DNA from: Clostridium pasteurianum DSM 525 = ATCC 6013
GTDB lineage: Bacteria > Bacillota > Clostridia > Clostridiales > Clostridiaceae
NCBI RefSeq assembly: GCF_000807255.1
Contig: NZ_CP009268.1
Coordinates: forward strand, 400,384-464,383
Direction: 5' to 3'
DNA: 64,000 nucleotides
Shown: piece after piece, positions 20,401-29,545 of the stretch
How the letters are laid out: each line of letters starts with the position of its first letter
Position numbering within the stretch: position 1 is the stretch's first letter
Program-made: the position numbers and the translations under genes
Notes under the pieces: model-generated
What the model was told of the DNA's origin: nothing
Database searches by the model: none
What the model saw: the letters and a program-made list of their open reading frames with translations, nothing else

Positions 20401-20859
20401 ATGGCATTAAGACAGATTAGAATTTTTGGAGATGAAATACTTAGAAAAAAGAGCAGAAAAGTTGAAGTGCTAGATGATAAGATAAGACAGATTTTAGATG
20501 ATATGACTGATACTCTTCACAATTCAGAAAATGGAGCAGCAATAGCAGCACCACAGGTTGGAATATTAAAGAGATTAGTTGTAATAGATATGGGACAAGG
20601 ACTTATGAAATTAGTTAATCCGAAGATAATAGATAAGGAAGGTCAGCAGGAAGTTATAGAGGGATGTCTTAGTATCCCGAATAAATGGGGAAAACTTATG
20701 AGACCTGCAAAGGTAACAGTACAAGCTCTAAATGAAAATGGAGATAAGATTACACTAACAGGTACAGGTGATATGGCAAAATGTTTCTGCCATGAAATAG
20801 ATCATCTGGATGGCAAATTGTTTACGGATTTTGTTACTGAGTATATAGATGTGGAATGA
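20401..20859 (+). CDS. def: Peptide deformylase
   Basis: Def motifs GAAIAAPQVG, EGCLSIP and HEIDHLDG; the start ATG abuts the XRE stop codon (TAGATG). Confidence 0.85.
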   Translation: MALRQIRIFGDEILRKKSRKVEVLDDKIRQILDDMTDTLHNSENGAAIAAPQVGILKRLVVIDMGQGLMKLVNPKIIDKEGQQEVIEGCLSIPNKWGKLMRPAKVTVQALNENGDKITLTGTGDMAKCFCHEIDHLDGKLFTDFVTEYIDVE

Positions 20860-20911
20860 TATAAACAGAGTGTGATGGGAGTATTACGGCTGGTAGTCAT
20901 CAGATAAAGAT

Positions 20912-20957
20912 GAGGAACGTGTATAGATTTATTTAAATGAATCTATACACGTTCCTT
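20912..20957 (+). terminator. Rho-independent terminator (16-bp stem)
   Basis: ggaacgtgtatagatt-tatttaaatg-aatctatacacgttcc followed by TTTTTAG. Confidence 0.6.
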
Positions 20958-20959
20958 TT

Positions 20960-21195
20960 TAGTAAATGTAAGTTGTTTTTCACCTGCCTAACTTGGCGTA
21001 AGTCTCCAACGCACTCTGCTTGCACTCTGTACAGCCCTCACATAAAATCAAAAATAAGATTTTAGTTCTCTGCTTTTCTTCAAGTGGGAGTTCGACGCCA
21101 AGTAAGGCATGCATTTGCAGTTCTAAAATTCAGATGGGGTAAAAGAATCCCCATCTGAATTTTAGAACTTGCTTCAATGTTTTATTATTATTATG
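20960..21195 (+). repeat. GC-rich structured intergenic repeat, copy 1 (about 235 bp; imperfect terminal inverted repeats; 3' 20-bp hairpin)
   Basis: About 85-90% identical to 47045..47288; terminal IR CTAACTTGGCGTAAGTCTCC / GGGAGTTCGACGCCAAGTAAG; internal hairpin gttctaaaattcagatgggg-taaaagaa-tccccatctgaattttagaac. Confidence 0.7.
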
Positions 21196-21289
21196 ACATT
21201 TGTCATAGTTAAATTATTCCTCTTGTTACTACTATATATTGTTTATTTATCTTATTATATAAATATAAGTAAAAACAGGGGGAATTAAG

Positions 21290-22222
21290 ATGATACTTGA
21301 AGTAAAAAAGCTTGTTAAGAGATATGATGATTTTATAGCTGTAGATAATATAAATCTGTCTATTGAAGAAGGTGAAATATTTGGATTACTGGGACCTAAT
21401 GGTGCAGGTAAAACTACAACCATTAATACACTCATTGGTATGACAAAAATTGATAGTGGAGAAATTCAAATATTTGGTATGGATATGAAAAAATATGAAA
21501 GAGACATTAAAAAGTTTATTGGAATTGTACCTCAGGATATAGCTGTTTATGAAGATTTAACTGCCTACGAAAATCTTTGCTATTTTGGAAGGCTCTATGG
21601 TTTAAGAGGAAAGGAATTACAGTATAGAGTTGATAGAGCACTTGAATTTACGGGACTGCTGGATAGAAAAAAGGATTATCCTAAAAAGTTTTCTGGGGGA
21701 ATGAAGAGGAGGTTAAATATTGCCTGTGCTATAGTGCATCATCCAAAGCTTATTATTATGGATGAACCCACCGTTGGAATAGATCCTCAGTCAAGAAATC
21801 ATATACTTCAGTCTATCAAAAAACTTAATGAAATGGGGGCAACAATAATATATACTTCACACTACATGGAGGAAGTTGAAGAACTATGTACAAAAATAGT
21901 TATAATTGATAAAGGCAGAGTAATAGCAAAAGGTACTAAAGAGGAACTGAAGGATCTTGTAGAAATTAATGAAAAAATAGATATGGAGCTTTCATCTGTT
22001 AATTATACTATAGTTGATAATATAAAAAATCTGCATGAAGTAACGGATTGCAGTATAAATGGAAATAGATTAACAGTTATATCTAAAAAACAAAGTAACA
22101 TCGTTGGGAAAATAATAAATATAGTTTTAGCTGCAAATTCAGAAATAATATCATTAAATGTAAATAAACCTACTCTTGAAAGTGTATTTTTAACTCTAAC
22201 TGGCAGAAAGCTTAGGGAATGA
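21290..22222 (+). CDS. ABC transporter ATP-binding protein (ABC-2 exporter type)
   Basis: Walker A GPNGAGKTT, signature FSGGMKRRL, Walker B IIMDEPT. Confidence 0.85.
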   Translation: MILEVKKLVKRYDDFIAVDNINLSIEEGEIFGLLGPNGAGKTTTINTLIGMTKIDSGEIQIFGMDMKKYERDIKKFIGIVPQDIAVYEDLTAYENLCYFGRLYGLRGKELQYRVDRALEFTGLLDRKKDYPKKFSGGMKRRLNIACAIVHHPKLIIMDEPTVGIDPQSRNHILQSIKKLNEMGATIIYTSHYMEEVEELCTKIVIIDKGRVIAKGTKEELKDLVEINEKIDMELSSVNYTIVDNIKNLHEVTDCSINGNRLTVISKKQSNIVGKIINIVLAANSEIISLNVNKPTLESVFLTLTGRKLRE

Positions 22223-22251
22223 TAATTAATAGATAGATAGGAGATAAGAAG

Positions 22252-23091
22252 ATGAATATATTAACTATAGCTTACTATACGGTAAAGAGGTATTCAAGAA
22301 ATATAATAGCCATTTTTGCATTTATATTAGCACCTATATTAATTATAAGTATTTTAACAGGATCTACAGAATATAAATCCTATGAAAATATAAATGTACA
22401 AGAAATACAAAGTGAGATTTCAAATATCCACATAGATAAAAAGGATAATAATAAAAGCAATTTAAAGGCATTCCTTATAGATATCAATAAGGGAACAATC
22501 AATAAAAATCTTAAGATTTCTATAGCATGTACACTTTTTTTTCTCTTTTATGGAGGATTATTAATGAGTTATTCAATAATAGATGACCTTAAGAGTAATG
22601 TTCATATAAGGATAAAGTCCTCATCAGTAAGTTTTATAGAAAACTTTATGGGAAAATTTTTAGGTAACATATTAATTTTAATTATCTGTGCATTTATTGA
22701 TGTGTTAATAATAAAATATGGTCTTAATATAAATTGGAATGGTAATTATTTTATAATATTTTTGTCATTAATACTATTTTTAATTATAGTAAATAGTATT
22801 GGAATAATAATTACAGTATTCTTTAAAAATATCTATATCTGTGCATTGATTTTTTTTGCTTTTAACTATTTTATGTTTTTTCCAATAATGGTTAATGCTT
22901 TTAATCCTAACAAGAGTGAAATTATTGATATAATGATCAACTTATCTTTTCACAACTATGTGTATAAATCTATTTTAGCAGATATAAGCAATAATATTAT
23001 TTTATTGCAAAATTCAATGACTATATTGATTGTTATTACCATAATTTTATTTTCAGTGTCATTAATAGCAGGGAGGAGAATTTTAAGATGA
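22252..23091 (+). CDS. ABC-2 family transporter permease
   Basis: 6-transmembrane hydrophobic profile; translationally coupled to the ATPase. Confidence 0.6.
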   Translation: MNILTIAYYTVKRYSRNIIAIFAFILAPILIISILTGSTEYKSYENINVQEIQSEISNIHIDKKDNNKSNLKAFLIDINKGTINKNLKISIACTLFFLFYGGLLMSYSIIDDLKSNVHIRIKSSSVSFIENFMGKFLGNILILIICAFIDVLIIKYGLNINWNGNYFIIFLSLILFLIIVNSIGIIITVFFKNIYICALIFFAFNYFMFFPIMVNAFNPNKSEIIDIMINLSFHNYVYKSILADISNNIILLQNSMTILIVITIILFSVSLIAGRRILR

Positions 23092-24188
23092 CTATATTTT
23101 TTAACAATATAAAGAGAATACTAAAAAGTAAAATCCAGCTTATAGTACTTTTTATATTACCGTTATTACCTTTAGTTCCTATATGTCTTGATAATTCTGT
23201 TTCTATGAATACAATAAAGATTGGTATTGTAGATAATGATAAAACAGAGCTTACATCGACTTTACAATACATTTTAAAGTCACAATTGAAAATTATAGAT
23301 ATTCAGCAAAAAGATATTAACAGCAGTATAAATGAAGCAAAAGCAGATTTTGTTATTAGTATACCAAAAGGCTATACTGATAAAATAATAAATCTTCAAG
23401 ATATACAAATACAAGGCTATGCAAATAAGGATAAAAATATAACTCCTTTTATGCAGAGATTTATTGATGGGTTTATAAATCCAGTAAAAAATATAGCGAA
23501 AGTTTCAAATAAAAATAGTAATATATTTTATGAAGGATTAAAATCTTTTAGGAAAACTGTTATAGAAGAGAGGCAAAAAGCAAAAGCAAAGCCCGTTAAA
23601 AAGAATTCAAATACAGCATGGGGAATGATAATTCAATTCTGTATGTTTTCATCTATATTTGCATCTACAACTATAATTACAGATAAGGAAAACAAGACCT
23701 TTTTCAGAACATTAAGTTCCCCTGTATCCCTTAGAAATTATATGTTTGAAACTATTTTAAGTTTTTATTTTATAGCTTTACTTCAATTAATAATATTTTC
23801 TTCTGTAGTAGTCTTTGGCTTTGGAATAGAAGCAGGGACCTCTTTAATTAACGTAATGTTGGTACTTTTAGTGATAGCTTTGGTAAGTGTTTCTTTTGGG
23901 ATTGCAGTAAGTTCTATCAGCAGAAATGTGACTAAGGCCACTATGATTGGTATCAGTTTAATAACGGTAATGTGTATGATTGGCGGTGCCTGGGGTATGA
24001 AATCCTCGTCAAAAGTTATTCAAAATATTTCCAAGTTAATTCCTGTGACCTGGGCTATGGAGGCAATAGAAAAGCTTATTGATAATAAAGCATTAGGCAG
24101 TATGATGCAGGACATAAGTATATTGCTTATTTTTGCAGTTGTGTTTTTCTTTTTAGGAACCTGGAAAAAAGCTGATATTGTAAAATAA
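23088..24188 (+). CDS. ABC-2 family transporter permease with a large extracytoplasmic loop
   Basis: N-terminal transmembrane segment, about 170-aa loop, then 5 C-terminal transmembrane segments; overlaps the previous stop (ATGA). Confidence 0.6.
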   Translation: MTIFFNNIKRILKSKIQLIVLFILPLLPLVPICLDNSVSMNTIKIGIVDNDKTELTSTLQYILKSQLKIIDIQQKDINSSINEAKADFVISIPKGYTDKIINLQDIQIQGYANKDKNITPFMQRFIDGFINPVKNIAKVSNKNSNIFYEGLKSFRKTVIEERQKAKAKPVKKNSNTAWGMIIQFCMFSSIFASTTIITDKENKTFFRTLSSPVSLRNYMFETILSFYFIALLQLIIFSSVVVFGFGIEAGTSLINVMLVLLVIALVSVSFGIAVSSISRNVTKATMIGISLITVMCMIGGAWGMKSSSKVIQNISKLIPVTWAMEAIEKLIDNKALGSMMQDISILLIFAVVFFFLGTWKKADIVK

Positions 24189-24259
24189 TATACTTAGTTG
24201 CTTCACCTGATTTTTGGTATAATAAAAGTAATTTATTGAAGGATTTGTGAGGTTGTTTT

Positions 24260-25369
24260 ATGAAGCGGGTGAAATATGTTTTCAAACTTATCTTTTTAGT
24301 GTATGCAGCTTATAAATTAGGCTTTGAAAATATGTTATCTTTTGAAGAGGTTATCATACTTATTTCTCTTATAGGAATAAATATTTTTAAAGAAAAATAT
24401 ATTGATACCAGTTATTTAATATTTACAAGTTTATTTGTTATAATACTTGGAATAAATTTTAATAATAATTTTGGAATTTTATTAGCTCTAACAGCCTTTG
24501 ATTTTATATGTAAAGCTAATTATGTAGGTGTATTAATTGTACTAGCTCTTGAAGTTTATTTCTTCAATAATACACAGGATTTTATAATGCTATTAATGAC
24601 AACTTGTATTTCAAGTTTATTTGCTTATGTGCTTAGAATGTGGGAATTGAAAGAAAAAAATTATAGGAAATTACTTGATGAGGAAAGAGGATTAAGATAT
24701 GAGCTTGAACAGTATAAGATGCGATTATTAAAATCCTCTAAAGAAGCTGCTCATCTTGCTGAAGTACGGGAAAGAAACAGAATTGCAAGGGAGATACATG
24801 ATAGCATAGGACATAGTACTACAGCCATTCTTATTCAATTACAAGCAGCTTATAAATTATTTGAAAGAGATGATAAAAAGGCTAAAAGTATAGTGAATAT
24901 ATGCATACATGCACTTTCAGATACTGTTACTCTTCTTAGAGATACTGTTCATAATATTAAACCTGTTGAAAAATTAGGAGTAGAGTATATACAAAATATA
25001 ATAAAAGATTTCAGTTTTTGCCCTGTAAATTTTAAATTTACAGGTGATTTTAATTCCTTATCTACAAACAATCTTGAAATAACTGCAGCTAATATTAAAG
25101 AAGCATTGACCAATGCAGCAAGGCATTCCAGAGCAACAGAAATACAGATATCCATTGATATTAATGAATTATACACAAGGCTTTATATAAAGGATAACGG
25201 TGTGGGATGCAGCAATATAAAAGAAGGTTTAGGGATAACTGGTATGCGAGAGAGAATACAGAATATAGGTGGAAATATATCTATTAGTTCTGACAGTGGA
25301 TTTATAATAGTTTGTATTATTCCAAGGACAAGGGAGGATAATATAGGTGAAAATTTTAATTGTAGATGA
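24260..25369 (+). CDS. Sensor histidine kinase, HisKA_3 family (DesK/LiaS/YvfT-like)
   Basis: Transmembrane segments at the N-terminus, H-box HDSIGHSTTAI, HATPase_c G-boxes. Confidence 0.75.
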   Translation: MKRVKYVFKLIFLVYAAYKLGFENMLSFEEVIILISLIGINIFKEKYIDTSYLIFTSLFVIILGINFNNNFGILLALTAFDFICKANYVGVLIVLALEVYFFNNTQDFIMLLMTTCISSLFAYVLRMWELKEKNYRKLLDEERGLRYELEQYKMRLLKSSKEAAHLAEVRERNRIAREIHDSIGHSTTAILIQLQAAYKLFERDDKKAKSIVNICIHALSDTVTLLRDTVHNIKPVEKLGVEYIQNIIKDFSFCPVNFKFTGDFNSLSTNNLEITAANIKEALTNAARHSRATEIQISIDINELYTRLYIKDNGVGCSNIKEGLGITGMRERIQNIGGNISISSDSGFIIVCIIPRTREDNIGENFNCR

Positions 25370-25970
25370 TGATACTCTGGTGAGAGAGGGCTTAAAGTTA
25401 ATATTTGAAATTGAAGATGACTTTGAAGTAGTAGGCTTAGCTGCTAATGGACAGGAAGCTTATGAATTATGCAATAAACTACAGCCGGATATTATTCTCA
25501 TGGATGTAAGAATGCCTGTAATGGATGGAGTATTGGGAACAAAACTTATAAAAAGCAGTTATAAGAACATAAAGATAGTCATATTAACTACTTTTAGGGA
25601 CGATGAATACATAAAAGAAGCTATAAAAAGTGGTGCTGAGGGATATATTCTTAAAAATCAGCCGGCAGACACCATGATTGAAAGTTTAAGAACTGTAGCT
25701 AAGGGGAATTATGTTTTTGAAAAAGAAGTAGCAAATTCAATATCTTCAATGCTTAAGAATCATAATAAAATAGATATTTCTCAGCTTAAAATTTCTACAA
25801 GAGAGCTCCAAATACTTCAGCTGGTAGTTGAAGGATTATCAAATAAAGAGATAGCAGAAAAATTATTTATCAGTGATGGTACTGTAAGAAATTATGTTAC
25901 AGGTCTTCTAGAAAAATTGAATTTCAGGGATAGAACACAACTGGCTATATTTTATGTTAAGAATTTTTGA
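25347..25970 (+). CDS. Response regulator, NarL/LuxR family (DesR/YvfU-like)
   Basis: The REC domain DDDTLVREGL...DVRMP; C-terminal LuxR HTH. Confidence 0.8.
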   Translation: MKILIVDDDTLVREGLKLIFEIEDDFEVVGLAANGQEAYELCNKLQPDIILMDVRMPVMDGVLGTKLIKSSYKNIKIVILTTFRDDEYIKEAIKSGAEGYILKNQPADTMIESLRTVAKGNYVFEKEVANSISSMLKNHNKIDISQLKISTRELQILQLVVEGLSNKEIAEKLFISDGTVRNYVTGLLEKLNFRDRTQLAIFYVKNF

Positions 25971-26593
25971 CTATAATACATATAAGTTATTTATTGCCTT
26001 CTCAATATATCTTTGGCTTTCCACATATTATGGGAGGGGGCATAGATGAAACGGGTATTTACTGTAGTATATTTGGAAATAAAAAAGCTCCTACTATGCT
26101 TGGGGGAAAGGATGGAAAAATAACATCACGTATAAAACGTATAGCGAAAACAATGGAGCAGGCTAATTTAAATCCACAAATATCAACACAAATATTACCT
26201 TGGATATTAACTCATTATGCTGAAGCAGCTGGCTTGCTAGGTGGGGTGATGAAAGCTGACTCTGGAAAAGCTTTTGGGGAAGGTACTGAAGTTATGAAGT
26301 ACACGCTTCTTGCAATTAGGGAAGGACTAGACGTTTGTAAAGCTCGTGGAATAAATGTAGGTAGTATAAAACCACAAAATTTATACTATCTACCTAAATT
26401 CATTATTTATAGTCTCACTATATGGATATGCGTCAATAACAGATTGAAAATCTGTGGTATTTCAGTAGCACCTATTAACTTTAAGCCAATAGAAGAAGCA
26501 TTTCTCTCAATTATAGAGGGATGTCCTACCGGACTCCGTGTTGACGCATTAAAACCAAATTCTCTTGGATCTTTATTAATAAGAGCATCTTGA
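25967..26593 (+). CDS. Hypothetical ORF overlapping the IS630 remnant; possibly spurious or a gene fragment
   Basis: No RBS-quality start and no recognised motifs; overlaps the antisense transposase fragment. Confidence 0.2.
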   Translation: MTIIHISYLLPSQYIFGFPHIMGGGIDETGIYCSIFGNKKAPTMLGGKDGKITSRIKRIAKTMEQANLNPQISTQILPWILTHYAEAAGLLGGVMKADSGKAFGEGTEVMKYTLLAIREGLDVCKARGINVGSIKPQNLYYLPKFIIYSLTIWICVNNRLKICGISVAPINFKPIEEAFLSIIEGCPTGLRVDALKPNSLGSLLIRAS

Positions 26594-26910
26594 ATATAAT
26601 AAAGCATTTCATCAGTGAAGGGACTAACAGAACCTCCACGTTGATCATTAATTGCTTTAAGACCAAATTCGTCCCATTTGTGTATATAGCTCAAAACAGA
26701 AGCCCTAGAGACCCCTACAATTTCCTCTATTTTAGAGATATGTACACCTAAATAGCTCATAATAATTGTTTTTAAAAAGTTTTGCGAATACTTATTTGTT
26801 GAGTTTTTTTCAAAAGTTCTTAATTGATCCAGTGAAATATCTTTTAAATTGGTAACTTTTGTAGCCGTTCTTCCCATAATAATTTTCTCCTTAAGTTTTG
26901 CTATCTTCAT
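26407..26910 (-). pseudogene. IS630-family transposase N-terminal (HTH) fragment, truncated
   Basis: An HTH_Tnp_IS630-like N-terminal region (LDQLRTFEKNS..., VSRASVLSYIHKWDEFGLKAINDQRGG, FGFNASTRS), then loss of frame before the DDE domain. Confidence 0.6.
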
Positions 26911-26993
26911 ATTTATTATGGCAAATTATATTGTTTTTAATTCTTTTAGTTTGGGACTGGTTTCACTATATATATATCAATACAATATAAATT

Positions 26994-27033
26994 TGTTTAA
27001 TTGAGTAGATAAATATTTATCTACTCAATTAAT
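26994..27033. repeat. 19-bp perfect palindrome ttaattgagtagataaata|tatttatctactcaattaa
   Basis: Read directly; lies between the hypothetical gene at 27076 and the IS630 remnant. Confidence 0.5.
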
Positions 27034-27075
27034 ATAAAATTTTATCTTAATTGAAATTAAGACTGTACTAAAATA

Positions 27076-27543
27076 TTATTTATATATTTTAGGTACTTGA
27101 TTTTCATTTTCATATTCTTGAATTTTTTCAATATACAGATGGTCTTTATTTTGAGTAACAGTATATACAAGTGGGGTATCTAAAGCTGCAGATACTAACT
27201 TTTTTTTAGAATCATATATGCGGATGTCATATATCATATATATATATTTTTTCCCATTAATCTCATGCCTTTTAATTTTATTTGATTCCACTGAAACTTT
27301 TAGAGGTTTTTTTATATCTGGATTATTATTAAAAATAGATACAGGAGAATTTAAAGCTTCAAAGGCTTGTTTTGATACAAAATTTTTAATATAAGAATCA
27401 TATCCATTTTTATAAATAACAACTTCATTTATTAAATTCTTTATATCATTATTTGATTTGTTTAATCTGTATCTGTAGTATGTACTACAAGTGCTAAAAA
27501 TAGCAATAATTAGTATTATAATTATTAATAGTTTCTTTTTCAT
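27076..27543 (-). CDS. Hypothetical secreted protein or lipoprotein
   Basis: N-terminal hydrophobic segment and Cys (IFSTCSTYY). Confidence 0.45.
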   Translation of the reverse strand: MKKKLLIIIILIIAIFSTCSTYYRYRLNKSNNDIKNLINEVVIYKNGYDSYIKNFVSKQAFEALNSPVSIFNNNPDIKKPLKVSVESNKIKRHEINGKKYIYMIYDIRIYDSKKKLVSAALDTPLVYTVTQNKDHLYIEKIQEYENENQVPKIYK

Positions 27544-27918
27544 AATTATTTATGATTCCTTTCTATACATGATTTTTATTATTAAAATTTACAATTATAG
27601 ATTATATTATCATATAACCTATTTATAATACAAATTATATATAATATTGACAAATTAATTACATTTATGTATAATATGTAAATTTTACTAAAAATAATAA
27701 AAGGAGATGAATAATTTGAAAAAATTATTAAAAGATTTGGATTAATTTTAATATCATCTTTAATAATATTTTCGCCGATTACTAAAGTTCATGCGGAAGA
27801 AAATATTGATGATGTAAATCAAGTTAAGGAGGTTATTAATAAATATTTTAATGATGAATATGAATCTATAAAAATTGGACAAGCAATTAATGAAGATAAT
27901 ACTATTTATGATGATAAG

Positions 27919-28923
27919 TTGAAAGAATTTACAGATTTAAAATATTCTAGAGAAGCATTATGGTATAAAAAACTTGGTAATAAGCTTATAAAATATTCTA
28001 TTAATATAAATTATATTTCTATAGAATTTAACAAAGATAGTAGTACCATTAATTTATCTAAAGATACTGAATTTTCATTTAGTAATGCTCCAGATGTAGT
28101 TTCTAAAGAATTTGATGACAGGCATACAATTGCATTAAAAAAAATAAATAATAAATGGCTTATAGATAAAGATATAGCTAAAAGTGAACTTGATAGTTCA
28201 AATAGTAATATTAATATGAAAATTAGCGTTACTAACGCTGTAAATGAATCTAATGCTCTTGATCAAAAAATATCTTCTTTGAAATCACGAAATATTGATA
28301 ATGATATAAATGAATACAAAGAAATTGAAGGTAAAGTTAAAGTTAAGCAGTCTGAAGAGAAGAAGAATAACAATAATCTAATTAAAACATCAAGTCTTAT
28401 AACACCAATGGGTTCATATGGAGGACATACATGGCAAGTTGACTATAATCGTATGGCAGCAGTTAATTATGCTCATAAATGGGCAAATTCATATAATCCT
28501 CTGTATGTTCACTATGACAGCGATTGTACTAATTTTGTTTCTCAATGTATTTATGCAGGGGCTCCCAAAATGAATCGAAGTGCTGGATGGTATTATTTAA
28601 CTCCTAGTATAGGAGGGCCTGCTTGGATTAATGTAAAAAATCTTTGGAATTTCTTGATAAATAATAATGGTACAGGACCTATATCAATGGATAATACTCA
28701 TTATTTAGATATGGATTATGGTGATCCTATCGAATTCTGGAGTTACTATGAAGGAGATTATAGTCATGCTGTTATTGTAACAAAGATAGATGATTATGGT
28801 GGTATCTATTATTCTGGTCATTCAAATTTTAGATATGATTATTCATTGTCTTCAGCATATGCGACTGGAGCTTATAATACTTCTAAAACGAGAACAGCTC
28901 ACATATTTGGATATAATAATTAA
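27919..28923 (+). CDS. Putative secreted amidase-domain protein (Cys/His papain-like amidase_5/CHAP-like C-terminal domain); the true N-terminus is probably upstream and carries a frameshift
   Basis: The C-terminal block DSDCTNFVSQCIYAGAPKM ... HAVIV is typical of the clostridial putative amidase domain; the reading frame stays open back to 27715 and encodes a signal peptide (see findings). Confidence 0.55.
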   Translation: MKEFTDLKYSREALWYKKLGNKLIKYSININYISIEFNKDSSTINLSKDTEFSFSNAPDVVSKEFDDRHTIALKKINNKWLIDKDIAKSELDSSNSNINMKISVTNAVNESNALDQKISSLKSRNIDNDINEYKEIEGKVKVKQSEEKKNNNNLIKTSSLITPMGSYGGHTWQVDYNRMAAVNYAHKWANSYNPLYVHYDSDCTNFVSQCIYAGAPKMNRSAGWYYLTPSIGGPAWINVKNLWNFLINNNGTGPISMDNTHYLDMDYGDPIEFWSYYEGDYSHAVIVTKIDDYGGIYYSGHSNFRYDYSLSSAYATGAYNTSKTRTAHIFGYNN

Positions 28924-29039
28924 GAATGTTAATTATACACAATGCTACTATGTGTAATTGGATAAATAAGAGCAAAGTCTTTAATAAGCTTTGTTCTTAT
29001 TTTCTCTTCAGGATTGTTCATTTTTGTTTTCAATTGAGT

Positions 29040-29212
29040 TTTTGGTACCAATTCTAATAAATCTAAATTTAGTGGCAGTGCGACCAATGGGTGTAGCTAT
29101 GCCATTTTTTAGTTATAGTGGAACATCTACAATAATTAATTCAGATTTGGTAGGGGTTATATGCAGTATCTATGGAAGGAAAAATTTAAGTAAATCTTTA
29201 GTAGAGAATTAA
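29040..29212 (+). pseudogene. C-terminal fragment of an FtsW/RodA/SpoVE-family gene
   Basis: The conserved RodA/FtsW C-terminal motif reads MGVAMPFFSYSGTSTI...GVICSIYGRK (normally LPFISYGGSS...), with no upstream body. Confidence 0.55.
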
Positions 29213-29545
29213 AAATATTAATCTCAATTTGTGTATTATTAAATTAAGTGATAATAGACAGTAAAATATGGATAAATAGAGAAGGAAAATCTTTGGTTAA
29301 AGTAGAGTCTCCTTCTATTAGTTTATTAAGCTTTAATATATAATTTATATCTGATTAACCCCTCTTGTGTCAGTTCAGCAAAAAGGTCAGGATTGGTAAG
29401 TAAATGCGTAAATTTATATATGGAAAAAAAGACTTAAAAGTACAAGCTTTAATTTTTTATGATTATAGCAATATAATTTTATTTGGCAACTCTATTAATT
29501 TCAAAAATAAAACCATTTTGAGTATTGAAAGTATGTATCGTCAAG

